A DNA stretch of 64,000 nt from Eledone cirrhosa (Eukaryota): the NCBI GenBank assembly GCA_964016885.1, contig OZ024758.1, positions 39,122,001 through 39,186,000 of the forward strand. Direction: 5' to 3'. Positions within the stretch are counted from its first letter, which is position 1, and every line of letters begins with the position of its first letter. Below, in pieces: positions 1 to 11,730 of this stretch. Both the position numbers and the translations under genes were made by a program. The notes beneath the pieces are model-generated. The model saw nothing but the letters and a program-made list of their open reading frames with translations. It made no database searches and was not told the DNA's origin.

Positions 1-3000
1 AAGTTCATGGTATTAGCTGTCAGAAGTCACTCCAATGTTGGTGAGAATTCATTTAAGTTCATGGTATTAGCTGTCAGAAGTAACTCCACTGTTGGTGAGA
101 ATTCATTTAAGTTCATGGTATTAGCTGTCAGAAGTAACTCCACTGTTGGTGAGAATTCATTTAAGTCATGGTATTAGCTGTCAGAAGTAACTCCAATGTT
201 GGTGAGAATTCATTTAAGTTCATGGTATTAGCTGTCAGAAGTCACTCCACTGTTGGTGAGAATTCATTTAAGTTCATGGTACTAGCTGTCAGAAGTAACC
301 CCAATGTTGGTGAGAATTCATTTAAGTTCATGGTATTAGCTGTCAGAAGTCACTCCAATGTTGGTGAGAATTCATTTAAGTTCATGGTATTAGCTGTCAG
401 AAGTAACTCCACTGTTGGTGAGAATTCATTTAAGTTCATGGTATTAGCTGTCAGAAGTAACTCCACTGTTGGTGAGAATTCATTTAAGTTCATGGTATTA
501 GCTGTCAGAAGTAACTCCACTGTTGGTGAGAATTCATTTAAGTTCATGGTATTAGCTGTCAGAAGTAACTCCACTGTTGGTGAGAATTCATTTAAGTTCA
601 TGGTATTAGCTGTCAGAAGGAACGCCACTGTTGGTGAGAATTCATTTAAATTCATGGTATTAGCTGTCAGAGGTAACTCCACTGTTGGTGAGAATTCATT
701 TAAGTTCATGGTACTAGCTGTGAGAAGTAACTCCAATGTTGGTGAGAATTCATTTAAGTTCATGGTATTAGCTGTCAGAAGGAATTCCACTGTTGCTGAG
801 AATTCATTTAAGTTCATGGTATTAGCTGTCAGAAGTAACTCCACTGTTGGTGAGAATTCATTTAAGTTCATGGTACTAGCTGTCAGAAGTAACTCCACTG
901 TTGGTGAGAATTCATTTAAGTTCATGGTATTAGCTGTCAGAAGTCACTCCAATGTTGGTGAGAATTCATTTAAGTTCATGGTATTAGCTGTCAGAAGTCA
1001 CTCCACTGTTGGTGAGAATTCATTTAAGTTCATGGTACTAGCTGTCAGAAGTAACCCCAATGTTGGTGAGAATTCATTTAAGTTCATGGTATTAGCTGTC
1101 AGAAGTCACTCCAATGTTGGTGAGAATTCATTTAAGTTCATGGTATTAGCTGTCAGAAGGAACGCCACTGTTGGTGAGAATTCATTTAAGTTCATGGTAT
1201 TAGCTGTCAGAAGTAACTCCACTGTTGGTGAGAATTCATTTAAGTTCATGGTACTAGCTGTCAGACGTAACTCCACTGTTGGTGAGAATTCATTTAAGTT
1301 CATGCTATTAGCTGTCAGAAGTAACTCCACTGTTGGTGAGAATTCATTTAAGTTCATGGTATTAGCTGTCAGAAGTAACTCCACTGTTGGTGAGAATTCA
1401 TTTAAGTTCATGGTATTAGCTGTCAGAAGGAACTCCAATGTTGGTGAGAATTCATTTAAGTCATGGTACTAGCTGTCAGAAGTAACTCCACTGTTGGTGA
1501 GAATTCATTTAAGTTCATGGTATTAGCTGTCAGAAGGAACGCCACTGTTGGTGAGAATTCATTTAAGTTCATGGTATTAGCTGTCAGAAGGAACTCCACT
1601 GTTGCTGAGAATTCATTTAAGTTCATGGTATTAGCTGTCAGAAGTAACTCCACTGTTGGTGAGAATTCATTTAAGTTCATGGTACTAGCTGTCAGAAGTC
1701 ACTCCACTGTTGGTGAGAATACATTTAAGTTCATGGTACTAGCTGTCAGAAGTAACCCCAATGTTGGTGAGAATTCATTTAAGTTCATGGTATTAGCTGT
1801 CAGAAGTCACTCCAATGTTGGTGAGAATTCATTTAAGTTCATGGTATTAGCTGTCAGAAGTAACTCCACTGTTGGTAAGAATTCATTTAAGTTCATGGTA
1901 TTAGCTGTCAGAAGTAACTCCACTGTTGGTGAGAATTCATTTAAGTTCATGGTATTAGCTGTCAGAAGGAACGCCACTGTTGGTGAGAATTCATTTAAGT
2001 TCATGGTATTAGCTGTCAGAAGTAACTCCACTGTTGGTGAGAATTCATTTAAGTTCATGGTACTAGCTGTCAGAAGTAACTCCACTGTTGGTGAGAATTC
2101 ATTTAAGTTCATGGTATTAGCTGTCAGAAGTCACTCCAATGTTGGTGAGAATTCATTTAAGTTCATGGTATTAGCTGTCAGAAGTCACTCCACTGTTGGT
2201 GAGAATTCATTTAAGTTCATGGTACTAGCTGTCAGAAGTAACCCCAATGTTGGTGAGAATTCATTTAAGTTCATGGTATTAGCTGTCAGAAGTCACTCCA
2301 ATGTTGGTGAGAATTCATTTAAGTTCATGGTATTAGCTGTCAGAAGTAACTCCACTGTTGGTGAGAATTCATTTAAGTTCATGGTATTAGCTGTCAGAAG
2401 TAACTCCACTGTTGGTGAGAATTCATTTAAGTCATGGTATTAGCTGTCAGAAGTAACTCCAATGTTGGTGAGAATTCATTTAAGTTCATGGTATTAGCTG
2501 TCAGAAGTCACTCCACTGTTGGTGAGAATTCATTTAAGTTCATGGTACTAGCTGTCAGAAGTAACCCCAATGTTGGTGAGAATTCATTTAAGTTCATGGT
2601 ATTAGCTGTCAGAAGTCACTCCAATGTTGGTGAGAATTCATTTAAGTTCATGGTATTAGCTGTCAGAAGTAACTCCACTGTTGGTGAGAATTCATTTAAG
2701 TTCATGGTATTAGCTGTCAGAAGTAACTCCACTGTTGGTGAGAATTCATTTAAGTTCATGGTATTAGCTGTCAGAAGTAACTCCACTGTTGGTGAGAATT
2801 CATTTAAGTTCATGGTATTAGCTGTCAGAAGTAACTCCACTGTTGGTGAGAATTCATTTAAGTTCATGGTATTAGCTGTCAGAAGGAACGCCACTGTTGG
2901 TGAGAATTCATTTAAATTCATGGTATTAGCTGTCAGAGGTAACTCCACTGTTGGTGAGAATTCATTTAAGTTCATGGTACTAGCTGTGAGAAGTAACTCC

Positions 3001-5690
3001 AATGTTGGTGAGAATTCATTTAAGTTCATGGTATTAGCTGTCAGAAGGAATTCCACTGTTGCTGAGAATTCATTTAAGTTCATGGTATTAGCTGTCAGAA
3101 GTAACTCCACTGTTGGTGAGAATTCATTTAAGTTCATGGTACTAGCTGTCAGAAGTAACTCCACTGTTGGTGAGAATTCATTTAAGTTCATGGTATTAGC
3201 TGTCAGAAGTCACTCCAATGTTGGTGAGAATTCATTTAAGTTCATGGTATTAGCTGTCAGAAGTCACTCCACTGTTGGTGAGAATTCATTTAAGTTCATG
3301 GTACTAGCTGTCAGAAGTAACCCCAATGTTGGTGAGAATTCATTTAAGTTCATGGTATTAGCTGTCAGAAGTCACTCCAATGTTGGTGAGAATTCATTTA
3401 AGTTCATGGTATTAGCTGTCAGAAGGAACGCCACTGTTGGTGAGAATTCATTTAAGTTCATGGTATTAGCTGTCAGAAGTAACTCCACTGTTGGTGAGAA
3501 TTCATTTAAGTTCATGGTACTAGCTGTCAGACGTAACTCCACTGTTGGTGAGAATTCATTTAAGTTCATGGTATTAGCTGTCAGAAGTAACTCCACTGTT
3601 GGTGAGAATTCATTTAAGTTCATGGTATTAGCTGTCAGAAGTAACTCCACTGTTGGTGAGAATTCATTTAAGTTCATGGTATTAGCTGTCAGAAGGAACT
3701 CCAATGTTGGTGAGAATTCATTTAAGTCATGGTACTAGCTGTCAGAAGTAACTCCACTGTTGGTGAGAATTCATTTAAGTTCATGGTATTAGCTGTCAGA
3801 AGGAACGCCACTGTTGGTGAGAATTCATTTAAGTTCATGGTATTAGCTGTCAGAAGGAACTCCACTGTTGCTGAGAATTCATTTAAGTTCATGGTATTAG
3901 CTGTCAGAAGTAACTCCACTGTTGGTGAGAATTCATTTAAGTTCATGGTACTAGCTGTCAGAAGTCACTCCACTGTTGGTGAGAATACATTTAAGTTCAT
4001 GGTACTAGCTGTCAGAAGTAACCCCAATGTTGGTGAGAATTCATTTAAGTTCATGGTATTAGCTGTCAGAAGTCACTCCAATGTTGGTGAGAATTCATTT
4101 AAGTTCATGGTATTAGCTGTCAGAAGTAACTCCACTGTTGGTAAGAATTCATTTAAGTTCATGGTATTAGCTGTCAGAAGTAACTCCACTGTTGGTGAGA
4201 ATTCATTTAAGTTCATGGTATTAGCTGTCAGAAGGAACGCCACTGTTGGTGAGAATTCATTTAAGTTCATGGTATTAGCTGTCAGAAGTAACTCCACTGT
4301 TGGTGAGAATTCATTTAAGTTCATGGTACTAGCTGTCAGAAGTAACTCCACTGTTGGTGAGAATTCATTTAAGTTCATGGTATTAGCTGTCAGAAGTCAC
4401 TCCAATGTTGGTGAGAATTCATTTAAGTTCATGGTATTAGCTGTCAGAAGTCACTCCACTGTTGGTGAGAATTCATTTAAGTTCATGGTACTAGCTGTCA
4501 GAAGTAACCCCAATGTTGGTGAGAATTCATTTAAGTTCATGGTATTAGCTGTCAGAAGTCACTCCAATGTTGGTGAGAATTCATTTAAGTTCATGGTATT
4601 AGCTGTCAGAAGTAACTCCACTGTTGGTGAGAATTCATTTAAGTTCATGGTATTAGCTGTCAGAAGTAACTCCACTGTTGGTGAGAATTCATTTAAGTCA
4701 TGGTATTAGCTGTCAGAAGTAACTCCAATGTTGGTGAGAATTCATTTAAGTTCATGGTATTAGCTGTCAGAAGTCACTCCACTGTTGGTGAGAATTCATT
4801 TAAGTTCATGGTACTAGCTGTCAGAAGTAACCCCAATGTTGGTGAGAATTCATTTAAGTTCATGGTATTAGCTGTCAGAAGTCACTCCAATGTTGGTGAG
4901 AATTCATTTAAGTTCATGGTATTAGCTGTCAGAAGTAACTCCACTGTTGGTGAGAATTCATTTAAGTTCATGGTATTAGCTGTCAGAAGTAACTCCACTG
5001 TTGGTGAGAATTCATTTAAGTTCATGGTATTAGCTGTCAGAAGTAACTCCACTGTTGGTGAGAATTCATTTAAGTTCATGGTATTATCTGTCAGAAGTAA
5101 CTCCACTGTTGGTGAGAATTCATTTAAGTTCATGGTATTAGCTGTCAGAAGGAACGCCACTGTTGGTGAGAATTCATTTAAATTCATGGTATTAGCTGTC
5201 AGAGGTAACTCCACTGTTGGTGAGAATTCATTTAAGTTCATGGTACTAGCTGTGAGAAGTAACTCCAATGTTGGTGAGAATTCATTTAAGTTCATGGTAT
5301 TAGCTGTCAGAAGGAATTCCACTGTTGCTGAGAATTCATTTAAGTTCATGGTATTAGCTGTCAGAAGTAACTCCACTGTTGGTGAGAATTCATTTAAGTT
5401 CATGGTACTAGCTGTCAGAAGTAACTCCACTGTTGGTGAGAATTCATTTAAGTTCATGGTATTAGCTGTCAGAAGTCACTCCAATGTTGGTGAGAATTCA
5501 TTTAAGTTCATGGTATTAGCTGTCAGAAGTCACTCCACTGTTGGTGAGAATTCATTTAAGTTCATGGTACTAGCTGTCAGAAGTAACCCCAATGTTGGTG
5601 AGAATTCATTTAAGTTCATGGTATTAGCTGTCAGAAGTCACTCCAATGTTGGTGAGAATTCATTTAAGTTCATGGTATTAGCTGTCAGAA
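1..5690 (+). repeat. Higher-order repeat, 2266 bp (42 monomers, two of them 53 bp), about 2.5 tandem copies
   Basis: Same variant order restarts at 168, 2434 and 4700 (offset 2266 = 42x54-2). Rare markers TTTAAATTC, AGAGGT, GCTGTGAGA and GGAATTCC..GCTGAG recur in all three copies; AGACGT and GAATAC recur in the two complete copies. Confidence 0.95.
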
Positions 5691-8600
5691 GTAACTCCAC
5701 TGTTGGTGAGAATTCATTTAAGTTCATGGTATTAGTTTGTCAGAAGTAACTCCACTGTTGGTGAGAATTCATTTAAGTCATGGTATTAGTTGTCAGAAGT
5801 AACTCCAATGTTGGTGAGAATTCATTTAAGTTCATGGTATTAGCTGTCAGAAGGAACTCCACTGTTGGTGAGAATTCATTTAAGTTCATGGTATTAGCTG
5901 TCAGAAGGAACTCCAATGTTGGTGAGAATTCATTTAAGTCATGGTACTAGCTGTCAGATGTAACTCCACTGTTGGTGAGAATTCATTTAAGTTCATGGTA
6001 TTAGCTGTCAGAAGGAACGCCACTGTTGGTGAGAATTCATTTAAGTTCATGGTATTAGCTGTCAGAAGTAACTCCACTGTTGGTGAGAATTCATTTAAGT
6101 TCATGGTACTAGCTGTCAGAAGTAACTCCAATGTTGGTGAGAATTCATTTAAGTTCATGGTATTAGCTGTCAGAAGGAACTCCACTGTTGGTGAGAATTC
6201 ATTTAAGTTCATGGTATTAGCTGTCAGAAGTAACTCCACTGTTGGTGAGAATTCATTTAAGTCATGGTATTAGCTGTCAGAAGTAACTCCATTGTTGGTG
6301 AGAATTCATTTAAGTCATGGTACTAGCTGTCAGAAGTAACTCCAATGTTGGTGAGAATTCATTTAAGTTCATGGTATTAGCTGTCAGAAGTCACTCCAAT
6401 GTTGGTGAGAATTCATTTAAGTTCATGGTATTAGCTGTCAGAAGTAACTCCACTGTTGGTAAGAATTCATTTAAGTTCATGGTATTAGCTGTCAGAAGTA
6501 ACTCCACTGTTGGTGAGAATTCATTTAAGTTCATGGTATTAGCTGTCAGAAGGAACGCCACTGTTGGTGAGAATTCATTTAAGTTCATGGTATTAGCTGT
6601 CAGAAGTAACTCCACTGTTGGTGAGAATTCATTTAAGTTCATGGTACTAGCTGTCAGAAGTAACTCCACTGTTGGTGAGAATTCATTTAAGTTCATGGTA
6701 TTAGCTGTCAGAAGTCACTCCAATGTTGGTGAGAATTCATTTAAGTTCATGGTATTAGCTGTCAGAAGTCACTCCAATGTTGGTGAGAATTCATTTAAGT
6801 TCATGGTATTAGCTGTCAGAAGTCACTCCTCTGTTGGTGAGAATTCATTTAAGTTCATGGTACTAGCTGTCAGAAGTAACCCCAATGTTGGTGAGAATTC
6901 ATTTAAGTTCATGGTATTAGCTGTCAGAAGTCACTCCAATGTTGGTGAGAATTCATTTAAGTTCATGGTATTAGCTGTCAGAAGTAACTCCACGGTTGGT
7001 GAGAATTCATTTAAGTTCATGGTATTAGCTGTCAGAAGTAACTCCACTGTTGGTGAGAATTCATTTAAGTTCATGGTATTAGCTGTCAGAAGGAACTCCA
7101 ATGTTGGTGAGAATTCATTTAAGTCATGGTACTAGCTGTCAGAAGTAACTCCACTGTTGGTGAGAATTCATTTAAGTTCATGGTATTAGCTGTCAGAAGG
7201 AACGCCACTGTTGGTGTGAATTCATTTAAATTCATGGTATTAGCTGTCAGAAGTAACTCCACTGTTGGTGAGAATTCATTTAAGTCCATGGTACTAGCTG
7301 TCAGAAGTAACTCCAATGTTGGTGAGAATTCATTTAAGTTCATGGTATTAGCTGTCAGAAGTAACTCCACTGTTGGTGAGAATTCATTTAAGTTCATGGT
7401 ACTAGCTGTCAGAAGTAACCCCAATGTTGGTGAGAATTCATTTAAGTTCATGGTATTAGCTGTCAGAAGTCACTCCAATGTTGGTGAGAATTCATTTAAG
7501 TTCATGGTATTAGCTGTCAGAAGTAACTCCACTGTTGGTAAGAATTCATTTAAGTTCATGGTATTAGCTGTCAGAAGTAACTCCACTGTTGGTGAGAATT
7601 CATTTAAGTTCATGGTATTAGCTGTCAGAAGGAACGCCACTGTTGGTGAGAATTCATTTAAGTTCATGGTATTAGCTGTCAGAAGTAACTCCACTGTTGG
7701 TGAGAATTCATTTAAGTTCATGGAACTAGCTGTCAGAAGTAACTCCACTGTTGGTGAGAATTCATTTAAGTTCATGGTATTAGCTGTCAGAAGTCACTCC
7801 AACGTTGGTGAGAATTCATTTAAGTTCATGGTATTAGCTGTCAGAAGTCACTCCACTGTTGGTGAGAATTCATTTAAGTTCATGGTACTAGCTGTCAGAA
7901 GTAACCCCAATGTTGGTGAGAATTCATTTAAGTTCATGGTATTAGCTGTCAGAAGTCACTCCAATGTTGGTGAGAATTCATTTAAGTTCATGGTATTAGC
8001 TGTCAGAAGTAACTCCACTGTTGGTGAGAATTCATTTAAGTTCATGGTATTAGCTGTCAGAAGTAACTCCACTGTTGGTGAGAATTCATTTAAGTTCATG
8101 GTATTAGCTGTCAGAAGTAACTCCACTGTTGGTGAGAATTCATTTAAGTCATGGTATTAGCTGTCAGAAGTAACTCCAATGTTGGTGAGAATTCATTTAA
8201 GTTCATGGTATTAGCTGTCAGAAGTCACTCCACTGTTGGTGAGAATTCATTTAAGTTCATGGTACTAGCTGTCAGAAGTAACCCCAATGTTGGTGAGAAT
8301 TCATTTAAGTTCATGGTATTAGCTGTCAGAAGTAACTCCAATGTTGGTGAGAATTCATTTAAGTTCATGGTATTAGCTGTCAGAAGTAACTCCACTGTTG
8401 GTGAGAATTCATTTAAGTTCATGGTATTAGCTGTCAGAAGTAACTCCACTGTTGGTGAGAATTCATTTAAGTTCATGGTATTAGCTGTCAGAAGTAACTC
8501 CACTGTTGGTGAGAATTCATTTAAGTTCATGGTATTAGCTGTCAGAAGTAACTCCACTGTTGGTGAGAATTCATTTAAGTTCATGGTATTAGCTGTCAGA

Positions 8601-8824
8601 AGTAACTCCACTGTTGGTGAGAATTCATTTAAGTTCATGGTATTAGCTGTCAGAAGGAACACCACTGTTGGTGAGAATTCATTTAAATTCATGGTATTAG
8701 CTGTCAGAAGTAACTCCACTGTTGGTGAGAATTCATTTAAGTTCATGGTACTAGCTGTCAGAAGTAACTCCAATGTTGGTGAGAATTCATTTAAATTCAT
8801 GGTATTAGCTGTCAGAAGGAATTC

Positions 8825-11730
8825 CACTGTTGCTGAGAATTCATTTAAGTTCATGGTATTAGCTGTCAGAAGTAACTCCACTGTTGGTGAGAATTCATTT
8901 AAGTTCATGGTACTAGCTGTCAGAAGTCACTCCACTGTTGGTGAGAATACATTTAAGTTCATGGTACTAGCTGTCAGAAGTAACCCCAATGTTGGTGAGA
9001 ATTCATTTAAGTTCATGGTATTAGCTGTCAGAAGTCACTCCAATGTTGGTGAGAATTCATTTAAGTTCATGGTATTAGCTGTCAGAAGTAACTCCACTGT
9101 TGGTAAGAATTCATTTAAGTTCATGGTATTAGCTGTCAGAAGTAACTCCACTGTTGGTGAGAATTCATTTAAGTTCATGGTATTAGCTGTCAGAAGGAAC
9201 GCCACTGTTGGTGAGAATTCATTTAAGTTCATGGTATTAGCTGTCAGAAGTAACTCCACTGTTGGTGAGAATTCATTTAAGTTCATGGTACTAGCTGTCA
9301 GAAGTAACTCCACTGTTGGTGAGAATTCATTTAAGTTCATGGTATTAGCTGTCAGAAGTCACTCCAATGTTGGTGAGAATTCATTTAAGTTCATGGTATT
9401 AGCTGTCAGAAGTCACTCCACTGTTGGTGAGAATTCATTTAAGTTCATGGTACTAGCTGTCAGAAGTAACCCCAATGTTGGTGAGAATTCATTTAAGTTC
9501 ATGGTATTAGCTGTCAGAAGTCACTCCAATGTTGGTGAGAATTCATTTAAGTTCATGGTATTAGCTGTCAGAAGTAACTCCACTGTTGGTGAGAATTCAT
9601 TTAAGTTCATGGTATTAGCTGTCAGAAGTAACTCCACTGTTGGTGAGAATTCATTTAAGTCATGGTATTAGCTGTCAGAAGTAACTCCAATGTTGGTGAG
9701 AATTCATTTAAGTTCATGGTATTAGCTGTCAGAAGTCACTCCACTGTTGGTGAGAATTCATTTAAGTTCATGGTACTAGCTGTCAGAAGTAACCCCAATG
9801 TTGGTGAGAATTCATTTAAGTTCATGGTATTAGCTGTCAGAAGTCACTCCAATGTTGGTGAGAATTCATTTAAGTTAATGGTATTAGCTGTCAGAAGTAA
9901 CTCCACTGTTGGTGAGAATTCATTTAAGTTCATGGTATTAGCTGTCAGAAGTAACTCCACTGTTGGTGAGAATTCATTTAAGTTCATGGTATTAGCTGTC
10001 AGAAGTAACTCCACTGTTGGTGAGAATTCATTTAAGTTCATGGTATTATCTGTCAGAAGTAACTCCACTGTTGGTGAGAATTCATTTAAGTTCATGGTAT
10101 TAGCTGTCAGAAGGAACGCCACTGTTGGTGAGAATTCATTTAAATTCATGGTATTAGCTGTCAGAGGTAACTCCACTGTTGGTGAGAATTCATTTAAGTT
10201 CATGGTACTAGCTGTGAGAAGTAACTCCAATGTTGGTGAGAATTCATTTAAGTTCATGGTATTAGCTGTCAGAAGGAATTCCACTGTTGCTGAGAATTCA
10301 TTTAAGTTCATGGTATTAGCTGTCAGAAGTAACTCCACTGTTGGTGAGAATTCATTTAAGTTCATGGTACTAGCTGTCAGAAGTAACTCCACTGTTGGTG
10401 AGAATTCATTTAAGTTCATGGTATTAGCTGTCAGAAGTCACTCCAATGTTGGTGAGAATTCATTTAAGTTCATGGTATTAGCTGTCAGAAGTCACTCCAC
10501 TGTTGGTGAGAATTCATTTAAGTTCATGGTACTAGCTGTCAGAAGTAACCCCAATGTTGGTGAGAATTCATTTAAGTTCATGGTATTAGCTGTCAGAAGT
10601 CACTCCAATGTTGGTGAGAATTCATTTAAGTTCATGGTATTAGCTGTCAGAAGTAACTCCACTGTTGGTGAGAATTCATTTAAGTTCATGGTATTAGTTT
10701 GTCAGAAGTAACTCCACTGTTGGTGAGAATTCATTTAAGTCATGGTATTAGTTGTCAGAAGTAACTCCAATGTTGGTGAGAATTCATTTAAGTTCATGGT
10801 ATTAGCTGTCAGAAGGAACTCCACTGTTGGTGAGAATTCATTTAAGTTCATGGTATTAGCTGTCAGAAGGAACTCCAATGTTGGTGAGAATTCATTTAAG
10901 TCATGGTACTAGCTGTCAGATGTAACTCCACTGTTGGTGAGAATTCATTTAAGTTCATGGTATTAGCTGTCAGAAGGAACGCCACTGTTGGTGAGAATTC
11001 ATTTAAGTTCATGGTATTAGCTGTCAGAAGTAACTCCACTGTTGGTGAGAATTCATTTAAGTTCATGGTACTAGCTGTCAGAAGTAACTCCAATGTTGGT
11101 GAGAATTCATTTAAGTTCATGGTATTAGCTGTCAGAAGGAACTCCACTGTTGGTGAGAATTCATTTAAGTTCATGGTATTAGCTGTCAGAAGTAACTCCA
11201 CTGTTGGTGAGAATTCATTTAAGTCATGGTATTAGCTGTCAGAAGTAACTCCATTGTTGGTGAGAATTCATTTAAGTCATGGTACTAGCTGTCAGAAGTA
11301 ACTCCAATGTTGGTGAGAATTCATTTAAGTTCATGGTATTAGCTGTCAGAAGTCACTCCAATGTTGGTGAGAATTCATTTAAGTTCATGGTATTAGCTGT
11401 CAGAAGTAACTCCACTGTTGGTAAGAATTCATTTAAGTTCATGGTATTAGCTGTCAGAAGTAACTCCACTGTTGGTGAGAATTCATTTAAGTTCATGGTA
11501 TTAGCTGTCAGAAGGAACGCCACTGTTGGTGAGAATTCATTTAAGTTCATGGTATTAGCTGTCAGAAGTAACTCCACTGTTGGTGAGAATTCATTTAAGT
11601 TCATGGTACTAGCTGTCAGAAGTAACTCCACTGTTGGTGAGAATTCATTTAAGTTCATGGTATTAGCTGTCAGAAGTCACTCCAATGTTGGTGAGAATTC
11701 ATTTAAGTTCATGGTATTAGCTGTCAGAAG
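8825..11730 (+). repeat. About 2.9-kb block duplicating approx. 3863-6770 at offset 4962 bp
   Basis: GAATAC (3981/8943), TTATCTG, GTTTGTCAG, AGATGT and TCCATTG each recur 4962 bp apart; ORF pairs 4700/9662, 5941/10903 and 6317/11279 have the same offset. Confidence 0.92.
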
